Assembly (NCBI GenBank): GCA_965644295.1
Contig: CBFFRP010000150.1
Coordinates: forward strand, 372,001 to 436,000
Length of the DNA: 64,000 nt
Source: Paraphysomonas bandaiensis
Taxonomy: Eukaryota > Protista > Chrysophyceae
Direction of reading: 5' to 3'
This document shows positions 13,138 through 26,986 of this stretch, one piece after another. Every line of letters starts with the position of its first letter. Position 1 is the first letter of the stretch. Below the pieces are notes generated by a model. It had not been told where the DNA came from and searched no databases. It saw only the letters and a list, made by a program, of their open reading frames with translations. The position numbers and the translations under genes were made by a program.

Positions 13138-14437
13138 TCAAGGTATCAATACAACCTTTCCAGTAGATTTTCTCGACTGTATCACAGAAAATGCATCATT
13201 AACCTTATCTAAAGGGAAACGATGAGAAATATGTGGCTTCAACTTCCCTTCGGCCCACATCTTTATAATATGTGACGAGGACTGTAAGAAGAGCTTCGGG
13301 TTGTGTTTCGTATGCGCGCCCCAATACAGCCCTGAAACTGACACATTCTTTACCAACAATATATTGGCGGGAATTTTCGGGATATCCCCCCCTGCGAATC
13401 CAATGACAACAGCCCGTCCGTCCCAATTAAGAGACCTGATTCCTGTGTACACACAACAGTAGAGTACCATAACAATTAGTTCTATAGAATCAAATTTCTA
13501 TAGGATTATACCCGCTTCAAGAAACTCTCCTCCTACTGCATCAACCAAAACGTCTACACCACCTGAAAATATGCTGTAAAACAAACATAGAATCGAAAAT
13601 TGGATTCACCTTTTCCCGCTACTTCTTTAAGCTTTGAGCGGAATTCTTTTCCATCACACCCAGCATAGTTGAACCCCAGAGCAGACGGCCCACCCTTGGC
13701 GACAGCAATTTCGACTTTTTCATCCGACCCAGCAGCTGCAATAACTCTCGCCCCCATGGCTTGAGCAAGTTCTACACTGGCGAGTCCAACCCCGCCAGCG
13801 GCAGCAGTGACGAGCACAGTTTCTCCTTTCTGAATATTTCCCCTCGACGTCAAAGCTAGATGGGCAGTGCCATAACTAACGAGAAGACCAGCGGCTTCCG
13901 TCACATCAATACTCTCAGGGAGATCTCTTGGAATACGAAATGCTCCTTGGGCGGGTACAATAGCCTCTTCAGCAAACCCCCCAGTTCCAAGGCAAATAAC
14001 CCTGTCGCCGACTTCAATATTATTGGAATCAACTCCTGGCCCAACCTCAATAACTTTTCCCACATACTCCATTCCAGGTACAAAAGGCGGCCTATATGGA
14101 GTACATTAGAATGCATTTAATATATATTACTTGAGTTAATATAATAAGGCATGATATGATATGAATTCACCGCATGTGTGATATGCTAGAATACATATGG
14201 ATTCACTCACTCCTGCTTCTCCTGATACTTCCCCTGGCACTGCAAGATATCTCCAAAGTTAATTCCAGCAGCAATGACTGATATCTTTAGAGTTCCTTTA
14301 GCTAGAGGTGATGTAGCGCCTGTGTCTATGTCTCTGTATACCAGAGGACTGCTCAAGCCCTCACATACAGCTGCATGCACTGATCTTATGGGAGAGGGTC
14401 GATACGAGTGAAGGATACGGGATACAGAGCGAAACAT
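13138..14437 (-). CDS. NADPH:quinone oxidoreductase (zeta-crystallin-like MDR), probable mitochondrial presequence, 4 exons
   Basis: AAGINFGDILQCQGKYQEK, PGMEYVGKV, VLVTAAAGGVG, LLVKNVSVSGLYWG and RKSTGKVVL. Confidence 0.92.
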
Positions 14438-15870
14438 CGGGATATATATGGATAAACAGCGCTTATTAATCTGTATATGTATATATAGTTCTGCTGCTTG
14501 ATGTGAGGGATATTATGCCACTGCACAGTCCATATGCACATACTGCCTGTATATCAAGATATCTGTATAGAGTACTGCTGTATATCCAGGCAAAAAACTC
14601 CAAGTTTTTATGCTATATGCTGTTTTTTATGGTGTATTTCACAATCTATGAAAAAAGGGTGATTTTTTGTGGTCGAATCGATATTCCCACACAGACAGCA
14701 TCTATAGCATACAGTACAGATAGAGTCATACAAAGATACGATACGGATATCGAGGATACTCTTCAGATAGAGCATACATGCTTGTCTGTAATTCACAAGA
14801 TATGCATCAATACTCATGTTCTCTATAAATGATCATTATTCTGAGATAGATATTGATGTGCTGCAGCAACCGTTACTCAGATTAACTCCTATCTATTGCA
14901 CCGAAGATGGAGGGATGAGTTAAGAAGCATCCAGATGTATGAGATGCAATAGTCTAATAATGATCTTATTGAGGTGCAACAAACTAAAAGGCTCCATTCA
15001 AGTTGCCTTCACAGTCGTTAGAGACTGATAATCAAAGGCTATGAATTGAGTATATGAAGTGAAAATCGTCTCCTCGAATAGTTGAGTTTTTTAGCCCTTC
15101 GTTTGAGAAAAACATAAAGGCTAGCCAAGTTGCTTCAAAGCGTCACCACTAATACCTAGCACAGAGTCAGATTGGCAAATTGAGTGAGTTCATAGCTTAG
15201 ACTTGGCGAAGCGTATATAATGATCTGATGTCAGAAAGAGTAGTATGTGGTTATGAAATTTATATATTTAGACAATGCAAGGCATGGAAGTGTAGCAGCG
15301 GATGTTATCTGAGAGATAAAATTATACTACTTATTCTAAGCTAGTGCTTTCGTTATCATTTCAACTGACTGTAGGATGATTTCTTATATATCCCAAGAAC
15401 CAAGAAAACATCGCTGAGGCTCACTCTAAACAAATGAAGAATAGTGCTCACGTGTATATTTGTGTCTAGTATCTAGCCTTCCTTCTGAATATTCGATATC
15501 ACATTTTACTAAACTTGTTCTTTTAAGTAGAGATATAATATAGAACTAATAATAAGAGTGTATGATTACGACATCGCTGAACGAGAGGCTACAAGGCACA
15601 CCTAATAGTAGTAGAAATTGAAGGTGTTATATTCAATAAACAAGGGCATTCAGAATTGTGACATTTTCACAGCGCGATTCAATCAACACTTGCTCTTCAT
15701 GTTAAGTGCAACACTCATTCCATAATCACAGCGGTGTTAAAATATAAAATTCAATACTCAAACAACACAAGCACCTGACATGCATATATTTGGGTGGCAC
15801 AATTTCTACGTGGTAAATATGATCACTAGCCAGATAGATGACACCTCAGCCAGTTTCTTGTATAGCGGAA

Positions 15871-18590
15871 CTAATCATCCTGGTAATGCACATCAAGGGT
15901 ATCGACGTCGTCGAACCACTCGTGCAGCAAAGCAGTTTTCGCTGAAGGTCTTAGACTCGGGTCTATTTGGAGAGTGCACTTGACAAAGTCCAAAAACAAC
16001 TCTTCGTCTCGCGTACCCTGTCGGGGCAAATGTAGTCGTCGCCTCAGCGATGTTTTCTTGGGATATATAAGAGACACAACAGTTTCACCTTCTTCACCAA
16101 TCCTGTCGTAGAATACACCAGAGTTGCTGTAAAAACGAGGAGCCTCTCTGCGCAACTATTGAGACAACATATTTCAGGAACGGAGCTTACACACCTGCCC
16201 TCTTCCAACATATACTCAGGATAAGGACCGACTATGCCATCTATTCTGGCCAACATTGTAGATATCGAATCGTTCTGTGTACAACCACAGTTAAAGGCAA
16301 AGTAACATTCTGTGTCGAGTTCTCACCTGGAAGAGAACGTAGCCGGTATACATCTCCGCGAGGACAGCTCCAAGACTCCAAATATCAATACCTGCCCCAT
16401 ACTCAAGTCCAAGAATAACCTCCGGTGCCCTAGCATAATGTCTTGTTAGCTTGTCTATCACCGAGACTAAACACCTACCTGTAAGATCTGCTTTGTATGT
16501 AGGACGTCAGGTGGTCGGTGGTGAAGCAGCTGCTGCCAAAGTCGATCAGCTTCACCTGACACTTCGAATAGCTCCTAATTACAATATTCTCTGGCTTAAT
16601 ATCACCTAAAGTCATCATTACCAATTTCATTGCTGTAGATATTACATACAATGAATGAGGTTGAGTGAGTGGATATACACAAGTGCCTCCAGCATCTGCT
16701 TCATAATCTTCTTCAGTCGAGGGAGCGTAAAATACTCTTTAGCTCCACTTTCACGGATATATTTTCCGAACTCGTAGAGATTCTCCCTAACAAACCAATA
16801 ATTACCAGCGAATAATGTAATCCCACATTGCTGTCTCTACCTAAGTAGCTCAGATACTATAAAGAGATGCTCTTTGCAGTAAAAGAAGTCAGTTAACTGG
16901 CATGAGGAGTTATGAGTATCGCAATTTCCGGCAAAATGGTATCCGTACCTTCAAAACATTATTCTTGTGCGGATCGCCACGGGAATTTATGTACTGGAGC
17001 AGCTTTATTTCGTCAAGGCTTTGGTCAAAAAAGTCCTTCGAATTCTTTATGACTTTTAGGCAGACCCACTGTGCCTCCTCTTCTTCCGCATCGAGATCAA
17101 TACATTGCCAGGCCGTAGAAAAAGCAGCGCTAGTAGCCTGACCCAGCATCTCCACCACCTCATACCTGCCAGCTACTATTGTCCCAGGAAGAGGGTTGAA
17201 ATGCTTGTCCTCCTCGAAGCCAGTTCTATAAGGGTCAAATATGACCTGTATACGCGCATATTCAAGTGAATGGTGGTAAAAAATGATATAGCGAGCTGTA
17301 CCTTGAGGTCAAAGTACCGATGTTCGCCATCGATGCCCTCTATCTTACGTTGCCCCATAATCTCGGAGCCACGTCGACCAGCAGTGCCACAGCTGTAAAA
17401 CTGGCCCATTGGTGCAACTGCTTCATCTTCAGCGCTGCCATCAGCTTCGCTTTCATCATCTACGCTCAGATGACTATTTCGAGTAGCCGGCTGAGGAATA
17501 CTTAAGGACCCATCCTCCAGTTGTAGTTCAACCATCTTAAGATCTGTTTCCAGATCATTGGTATCGTTATCTCCAGTATGTACACTACTGCCTGCAGACT
17601 CCACAGAGACATCAGCATCGTCTGACGGCTCAATCCGAGGGGAGTTGGCACGCAGGTCGAGACTAAATCTGCCACCCTCTCCATGAGAGAAGCTTGCATT
17701 CAAATCCCCATCATCACCACCCAGAGTTTCACCCTGGCATTCGTCATCCTCATCGGATGGGGGCTCACCTTCGCCTGCACATTGGTTATATGGGCGGCAG
17801 AATTATTCTAGAGAAATATACCATCTTCACATCTGCTGTCCCGCTGCCTTCGACCGACACGTCTTAGTGAAAGTCGAAAGGCCGCTTCTTCTTCCATCTC
17901 AAAAAAATCCTGTTCAGAAACCAGAATCTGGTAGTATCCCATGTCGTCATCATTCTCCCACTCGTCTTCATCGTCATCGTCGACCCTATCGTTATCACAT
18001 TCAGCAGAGTCCTCCCCACCTTCCTCATCCTCCGGATAGTCTTCAGACGGTGGTCCAGGGACAGACCCATCTTCTTCGTCCCCACAGCTCGGTGTATACT
18101 CGAACCCTGCGCTTTCAGAGCTATGCGCACGAGCAGGCATCGCATGCTTAAGATCTTCATTAGGACAAGATGTTGGAGGTGAAAGGGGGGGTTCCAGGCT
18201 ATAACACGAGAAAGTATATATAACACAACAGCAACATGATTAAAATAAAAGAACCTGTCCGCCGATGCATCGTAATAAGTGTCCTAATAGCAATGTGTCA
18301 TATAAAGGAGTGAATCATACATGCATATGAGCTCTACCTGCTGTTGAAACCTCGCAAATGAAGATGACTCCACTACTTGAAGTATATCAAACTCATTATC
18401 ATCTCCTGCTGCACTTTGATCTGAGATCAACAGAGATCATTTTCAGATATATCTCTCATACAGGCCTCTATATATTACCATTCTTAGATATCTGTCTCTC
18501 GAGTGCTGCTAACTTATTGAGACCCTCGCCTAACTCTTTCAAGGCACTGAGCATAGAGTGCCCTATGCTATCACTAAAAACAAGATCCAT
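15871..18590 (-). CDS. DYRK-family Ser/Thr kinase (DYRKP-like) with long acidic N-terminus, multi-exon
   Basis: VCLKVIKNSKDFFDQSLDEIKLLQYIN, DIKPENI, DFGSSCFTTDHLTSYIQSRSYRAPEVILG. The start codon is approximate. Confidence 0.88.
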
Positions 18591-20275
18591 AACTTTAATA
18601 AATAATACGCCAGATTAATATTATCAGGCACTAATATTTTAAATGTCGGCTCTATCTGTTTACTGTTATATATGAACATCCCCGCAACTAACTTCCACTG
18701 TATGAATCTACCGTACCTCTATACGTATACTGCTGTGGACAGAGGTACAGGAGTATACAGTATACGTCGAATACGGTATATCGTACTGGTATTGTATCGT
18801 ATCTGCAGATCCTGGAGATGCTATCGTATGCTACGATGTACTGCTTTTATACTATAATAACAGGATTTTTAGGTTAACTTTTAGCGTATTTTAACTTTTT
18901 AACCTCAAATTTTGTCTTTTTCCCTATTTGCATGGAGTAAATTTAGAGTTTCTGTCATTTTTGTTGTGGATCAATACAACGATCACGTCAAGCTCAAGCG
19001 CTGGCTTATCTTTGAAGAGCCATGTACATATTTAATGGCCATGTATTGTCGATAGAGAGTATTGACAATGTATCCAAACTATATGAAACATTTGATATCA
19101 ATCTGAAGATATTCAAATATAGGTAGAGGAGATAAGTGAGTTAATTCCGCCTTTGATAGTCCCCGGACAAGAGAACTGCTCATAGATATGCATCTCTTGA
19201 ATCAATTCATAAGAAGTTATGTTGTTGCTAGATACGGGAAGCTTATTCTTTAACAGTATGCATCATCAATTGCTAACTTTCTGTGTTTTGGTATTCGTGA
19301 GTGGGTACTGGTAGGGTGGCTGGCCTAATAGTGTAAACCCAGGTATTTAACGCCACTATTACTTACTATTAGAAGTGGAGATAGAGAGATTACAGGACTT
19401 GTTCGGTAGATGTGAAAATTGTACCTTGAATGCAGGGAATTTTAGGTAGCGACTATAACCTATTGATAATAAGATGAAATTTCTGTTAAAATACATACGC
19501 ACCAGTAGGTTATTGACATTACTGCTAGTATATAGTCTAGTATGAAATACAAAAGAGTAGACAACTACAACAATAGGAAAAAGTATAAAAACACTTACAA
19601 ATTATTGTATCTATTGAAGATACGATATATGTGTAAAGAAATTATAGGTATTGCTGGTTCATGCTCAAATACTATTAGAATATGGATCTTATTCTAGTAT
19701 ATTCAGTATGTCACTTGAAGACAATGTACGAGAATAGTGAAATATAGTGATGTACAAATGATGTGATGATATTGAGGAACTGAAATAGTTTGATCTTTCA
19801 AGATATGTTCAGTAACGAGAGGTTCGCATATGTAGGATATTATGCGTGGATTAAAATGAGTTAGTGTTGGTTATCACAACTTCGTGTAAACGTTATTAAT
19901 AAATCTATCTAGTCTTACGACAAATTCTCTCTGTGATTTAGCTTAAAATGAGCAATTTCCAATAAATACATCATCACAACCTTTTACTATCTCTCCTAAG
20001 AGAATGTACACTGTCTTATAAACTCATTCCAGCTAAAATTTCTTCCTTGCTTGTAGCATAGCTAAGTAGTCCTATCTTAGATATACATGGCTTGATGATA
20101 ATCCTAAGTTGTAGGACCAGGTTAGAATCATGGGTAGAGTCTATGGACTCGATGAAGTAGGACAGAACATCGGCTATACCAAAAGTTGTAATTTATTATC
20201 AATTGAACTTTTACATCATAAATATATAACAACACAAAATAGTGATCTATATATCGATAAAAGCTATACACATAT

Positions 20276-21790
20276 CTAAGATGATGCGTCAACAGAGTCT
20301 AACTTCCTTTTCTTCTCCCTCATGGAATTGGTATTAGACAGAACGACGTGATAGAATTCTTGAAATTCTACATACTCGATTTTTCCATCACCGTTAGTAT
20401 CGATTACATCAAACATCTCATCAACATCAGTATGAACCGTTGGGCAAAGACGCGCGCAGCGCGGGGAAAACTTCCCGTCAGATGTTCCCGCATTCAATAA
20501 TCGCGACACACCATTCCTGAATGCACGTCGTGTGACAAAGCCATCCCCATTTTCATCAAACAAAGCAAAACTTTGTAGGGACATATTTGGCGATTCCTCA
20601 GAGTTTAATTCACAGCTTCGATTCAACAGACGACAAAGCTCTTGTCTCAACGCCAATGACTTCACTCGTTTAGCATAGTCCCCACCAAGATCTGCATCTG
20701 AGGCATAAGATAGCCAACGATGACTACGAATATCGCTCATGGAAATGCGCTTCGCTGGATCTACAGTCAGCATGCGAGTGATAAGGTCTTTCACATCCTC
20801 AGATAGGTGGTTCCAGTTAGAACATTTTATGAATTCTCCCGCTTTAATATCAGTCCATCGATCTGCAAAGAATGGAGGTCGACCAAGGATCATACTGCAA
20901 GAAAACGCCTTAGAATATCAATATCAAATAACATATTGTCCCGAATGTATCAATGCTATTCTATGTTCATCATTCATGACAATAAATCATACCAAAAAAG
21001 TAAACATCCAGCTTGCCATATGTCACTCTTGACGGAGTACTCGAAGCGTGTAATACTCTCCGGAGCAAAACATCCTTTTGTTCCAACCATCCTGTTATCA
21101 GTATGGACGTCAGTAACTGTATTCAGCTGTACCATTGAACCAAAATCAATAATTTTGACAGGAGAGTCCTGGGCATCGGAAACCAATAAGAGATTTTGGG
21201 TTTTGAGGTCACGATGAATGAATTTTCGACGATGGAAACTATCCAACGCAGACATTGTACTGGAAAACATTGAAGCCAAGTAGCGCTCGGAAATTTTTTC
21301 CTTATTCTCTACCCGATTTTTAATACGCATAAACAAGTCCCCTCCTCCAACAGCTTCCATCACAATTACTGGGTACGACTGTAGAAACTTTGGATTCTTA
21401 TTCGGTAAAAATCCTTCTGGTAAGTCATAAAATATAGACTCAATTTGTACAGCACCTATAGTTATAGTTATACATCATCAAATTATACAGTAATAATGTA
21501 CCTTCCACTCCTACAAGAGCCATCATAAACATAATCTCACTGTTAATCTCTGCTAGCTGAGGCTTCCCATCCATATATCCTTATATATAATAGATAAGTT
21601 CATTCACAGTATTATAATCACAGTAATTACCAAAGAACTTTAATGAAAAGGTTTTATTATCTGATTTTCTTACCGCACGATGTACCACACCAAATCGACC
21701 CTTCCCCATCGGTCCTAAATCTATTACAAAATTACCAAACTCTCCAGTTGTTACTCTCATTTCCTTGACAACAATTTCTGTATCAGTCAT
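20276..21790 (-). CDS. CaMK/CDPK-like kinase with C-terminal EF-hands, 4 exons
   Basis: Kinase motifs GKGRFGVV, HRDLK, DFG, APE. EF loops DENGDGFVTRRAF and DTNGDGKIEYVEF. Confidence 0.9.
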
Positions 21791-22672
21791 TTTTTTTAAT
21801 CTCTTTGTAATATTTTAATACAATAAAACTAATAGAAACTGTTCAAAGTTAATGTAACTAGATCCATATCAACAACAGAGAGAGAGAGTACATACATATG
21901 GAGAGTTATGTAGATAGCTTCGTGTAGCTTATACATAGATACTCTGTACACTTGCGTATCCGCATCCTTCGTATATTTTTGTTCAAAGATGGCTCTAATA
22001 TTGAAATAATAATTATCTGTATTCTAGCCGTAGTTGTGTTGCAGTAATGTAGACGCTTTTTACTTCAATTTATTCCCGAAAAATAAGATGCAGACTGCCG
22101 ATACACTGCTGTAGGTACATACATATACACAGCAGTACATTCAACATATAGTTGATGTGATTTTTGAGAGAATCGCATTCTAAAAAGTGCCTTTATTGAG
22201 CTTTTTTCCTCCAATTTATCTGTTAGACTGATGTCCAATATACAATACCACACATTTTCTAATAATATTCCATATATCTTACGACAATAAATCTAAAACT
22301 CCCTAGTTTTACCCCAAAATTCGAAGATATATACATCTCCTCTATATATTCTATTCTAGAGGAATCTTCTCATTGTATGCATATGTTTGAACCTGCCTCC
22401 ATATCTCTTAACCACACCATCAGGATATACTCTAGAGGTATACTACGACCAAACCACTTGTTTGAGATAGTAATAATCCAATGAATTGAATACACTCCTA
22501 TATATTGAATGGTTAGGAGTGTTGTATGTATGAGCTGTTAGTGCTCGCATATGTTTCAACACATACACACATATATACATACATAGAACACGATGAGACA
22601 ATTAACTATTCAGTATATCATTCTCATCATTATTTTGTTTTTATTATTTAAGAATTGTTTATTAACTAAACA

Positions 22673-25034
22673 ATGGGTGAGCATCCACTCTTTCATGATG
22701 AGGAGCCCTTGAACACTATTGTGATTGGTGTACCTGCTCTCGTATGCTCCTGTATAGGAGCAATCACTGCACTGATCTTCTTATGGAGAATTTCTTCTTA
22801 TAATATTGTTCCTGATGATAAAGGAGATGCAACCAGAAAGCAGATGGCTGATGCTATGAGAGAGCTGTCTCATGCTATTGGATCTGGCGCTCAGGCTTTC
22901 CTTGTTAAGGAGTACTCGTATCTCATTTGTGTCTCCCTCTGTTTGTTTGTCCTGGTCTCCGTTGTTGTGGATTGGCGCACGGGCCTCTGGTAAATAAACT
23001 ATATTTATTACTTGAAGTACTTATACTGTTTGCAGCTACCTTGGTGGGGCCTTCACCTCTGCCCTCTGTGGCTTTATCGGCATGAAAGTGGCCACTTACA
23101 GCAACTCCCGCACTGCAGTCGCTGCAGAACTCGGACTCAATGATGCTCTTGGTGTTTCCTTCATGTCTGGGTCTGTTATGGGTTTGTCTGTTGTTTCCCT
23201 TGGCCTTGGAGCTCTTTCGTCTCTCCTCATGGCATTTGACGACGATGCAATTGGTGGTGTTGCCGCTCTCACTGGGTTTGGAATGGGCGCCTCGACTGTA
23301 TCTATATTTGCTCGTGTGGCAGGTGGAATTTTTACCAAGGCTGCTGATGTGGGTGCTGATCTCGTCGGCAAAGTTGAGGAGGACTTTCCGGAGGATGATG
23401 TCCGTAACCCCGCTACAATCGCTGATAATGTCGGGGACAATGTAGGTGATGTCGCAGGCATGGGAGCTGACCTGTTTTCCTCTTTTGTGGGGTCTATAAT
23501 TGCCAGCTCAATTCTGGGATACTCTCAGCATGGCCAAGTTGGGATTGCACTTCCTTTCTGGATATCCATGTCTGGAATTATTTGTGCTATTATCGGTATG
23601 ATGACTATTCGTACTAAAGAAGGAGCCACGATGCACGAATTATTGAATGTGCTCCGCCGAGGTATGTTCACTGCTGCAATCCTTGAGATGGGATGCATGG
23701 CGATCATCATCCAGGTGCTAAATATGGACTGGAGACTCTTTTTCTGCCTATTGATTGGTCTATCTGCTGGCATTCTCATCTCTTTCTGGTCGGAGTACTT
23801 CACTTCTGGAGCCTACCCCCCTACACGTCGAATCGCTGCTTCGGGTATATTCGGCCCAGGAAATGTAGTTATAGAGGGCCTTTCCGTAGGATCTTTCTCC
23901 GTTATTGGTCCAGTTTTTATCATCGCATCTACTATTATTGCCGTGCGCGCACTCTCGGGATCTGCTTTCGGTATTGCCTTGGCCTCGACAGGAATGCTGT
24001 CCACTTTAGGCATCACCCTAGCCACCGATGCCTATGGACCTGTGGCTGACAATGCCGGTGGTATAGCGGAAATGGCCCACATGCCTGAACATGTCCGCCA
24101 TAATACTGACACACTTGATGCTCTCGGAAACACCACTGCTGCAGTGGGGAAGGGCTTTGCTGTTGGATCTGCTGTGCTGACTGCTGTCTCGCTATTGACT
24201 ACTTACACTGTTCGAGTTGGAATTGTTGACACTCTGGACCCTATCAATGACAGATTCTTTATTCCTGGAGTTCTTGTGGGTGCCATGCTTCCCTATGCCT
24301 TTGCAGCCCTCACTATGGGTGCTGTGGCTAAAGCTGCTGGAGCCGTGGTTGTGGAAGTCAGACGCCAGCTGAACACTATTCCTGGTCTTCGCGAGGGCCT
24401 TCCCGATGCAAAGGCGGATCATACTACTTGTGTGTCGATGGTAACCGGGGCTGCGCTATATGAGATGATTCCTCCCGCTGCACTGGTTATTCTTTCGCCT
24501 CTTATCTTTGGAATCGGACTGGGTCCTGAGATGCTTGCTGGCGTCCTGCTGGGTGCTATCACTTCAGGCTTCGTGCTCGGTGGTATGATGAATGCCGCAG
24601 GGGGTGCCTGGGATAATGCCAAGAAATTGAACGAAAAGGATGGACAGAAGGGCAGCTTTAAACACAAATCGACTGTCGTGGGAGACACTGTTGGTGACCC
24701 TTTCAAGGATACCTCCGGCCCTGCAATCAACATTCAGATTAAGCTGATGTCTTACATCTCTGTTGTTCTTGTTCCGGTTTTCAAGCAGCAAGTGGATTTC
24801 TGGTGGGTTGCTCTTATCATTATTGGAGTCGTTCTTCTCGTCACTCCATTATACATCTACTGCTGCCCAGCTGGCCTAAAAAGCGAGGACAGAGAAAAGG
24901 TATTCGAGGCCAAATCTGGTGACATCTCCCCTGCCAAAGGACCGTACTCTGGGCTTCCCACCGAGGAGTCAAAGGCGGCGGTTGAGATGACGGATGTCGC
25001 CATTGCTGAGGAATACGCTGTAAGCCAAGTGTAA
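22673..25034 (+). CDS. vacuolar-type H+-translocating pyrophosphatase, K+-stimulated type (intron about 22991-23035)
   Basis: GGIFTKAADVGADLVGKVE, DNVGDNVGD, DAYGPVADNAGG, GNTTAA and GDTVGDPFKDTSGP. Confidence 0.97.
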
Positions 25035-25679
25035 GAAGCTTTTTTCGGATAATTCTTGTCACGTTTTGACACTTTTTTGACAATACAATAATGACTGACA
25101 GTATATTTTTGAATTGTTGAGATTTATTTCGCAGTAGGTAGGTTTAATATTGTAAGCTTAACATGTAGGCATTCTTCATATTGATACCTAATTAATAACA
25201 TCCGCCATATTTAGAAGGGTGTACTATAAATCTCTTACAAAAGCGTTGAGGACAAGGGGTCCAGATAAACCAAAAGTGTTAAAGATTATTGTAGCTGATA
25301 ATGCATGTAATTTGTTGAGTTTGGCTTTTATTAGTAAACAATAAAAGCTGTATTTCCTAAAAGGTTTTCGAATGATAATCGTTGCTTGAATGTATAGTAT
25401 AGTAGACAGTAGGCTTGCGTAACAATTAATTGGTTTTAAAATAATTGCTGCAATTATTTCATTACATACATACATACATAGATAGCAGGTTCGAGGCCAA
25501 CAGTACTGAAATATTGGCGTATAGTAGTGTGAATGGTGCTGCGTGTCCATTGGGGACCACTCGTTGCTATATTATATCTTTATTAGCTACACACTAGTAG
25601 TAGTGCATGTGTGTAATGTATAGAGGAACAGTATTTTGTGTTCCTTGAATAGTATCATTGAATAGCAATAAAAAAAACA

Positions 25680-26322
25680 CTCAACAAAGTTGGACTCGTA
25701 GTGAATGTCTTCTTATATTAGCAACAAGGGACACTAATATAAGTGGCATTTGTGTAGACATCTTTGGGCCCTGACAAATAAACAGACATCCGAGACAGCC
25801 TGAAAATATATCCGGGGTATTGACCCTCAACAAAGTCGGACTCGCACCGTTTACTGGTGATCTGGGGGATAACGACCGGAGATATTTTTCCGCATAAATT
25901 AAAACTGACGTGATCCGCATAAAATAGTCAGCAGATAATTTTCTACCACTCATAGCCTAATGCTAGTGTGGTACAAAGGACACTAATTAAAGTGTCACTT
26001 CTGTAGACGTCTTTGGGCCTTGACGAATAAAATATATCCGTGATATTGGGCTGCCTGCTTAAGTCAAGCATCCGGGCTGTTCACCTGAAGGACTCAAAAT
26101 ATGAAGTCAGCAGATGTGGGGTATATATCAAAATTCTTCTTGCTCTCACTGCGTTTGCTTTGAGTGATAGAGCGAAAGTGGTTGCATCTCTGTGCTTGCG
26201 GTGACGGGAAAACAGCTTTCGTAGCGTTAAATACTAAATAGTAGGATATCAGAGGTAAACACTAGTTAGCTAAATTGCAATGCTATATTAGTCCTGACTC
26301 TTAAACGCCTAGTGCTAATTGC
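25680..26322 (-). repeat. dispersed repeat family A, copy with internal partial duplication
   Basis: Reverse-complement similarity to 31965-32442 (TCAACAAAGTCGGACTCGCACC, GGGCTGCCTGCT.AAGTCAAGCATCCGGG, CTTTCGTAGCGTTAAATA). Confidence 0.8.
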
Positions 26323-26986
26323 TAATTGTTGTAATAAGTATGGTTCTCTAAGATAGTATTGTAGAATACGATAATGCAATGTGAAAAACAGTAATACGTT
26401 GTCAAAGATACTCTATAGCTATAACTGTGAAACTGAAGTATTGTATCATGACGATTCAAGATACGGACGTTTGAGCAGTGGTTGATATGAACAAAATAAA
26501 TTATCATGTTGTTGATAGGTCTTACATAACAACACACACAATTGTGTATGCAATCTTAATAAAGAGTATATCCAGTTTAATTACTATAAACTTTTCTCAA
26601 CGATCATAATTGTTAAAATGAACAATAGTCAATACTAATAAATAATATGACGTTATCTATGAAAAATGAAAATAGGGACGTCATAATCGCTAAAATGAAG
26701 CACAATTATAATTTAGCTGCAGTAATATCCATCGATTGATTCTTTATCTTTCGCTCATATGGTCATGCATATATACAACACACCTTGACGGTAACATGTA
26801 GCAATAATTCCTAGTATCTAAAGGAATAGTGAAAAAGACTTTTCCGCTAGCATTAGTTACCATGACAGCACCAATTCGATCGCATGCAACATTCAGATGT
26901 ACTACAAAATAATTAGATTGGTGCTGCTAAAGAACACAGCTTGCACTATCCCATAAAAATACACTACCACAGTAAAATCATCTCTT

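Noticed and set aside
23096-25083. Multiple antisense or alternative-frame ORFs over the H+-PPase gene and other genes
   Set aside because: These are shadow ORFs of real coding regions with no recognisable motifs.
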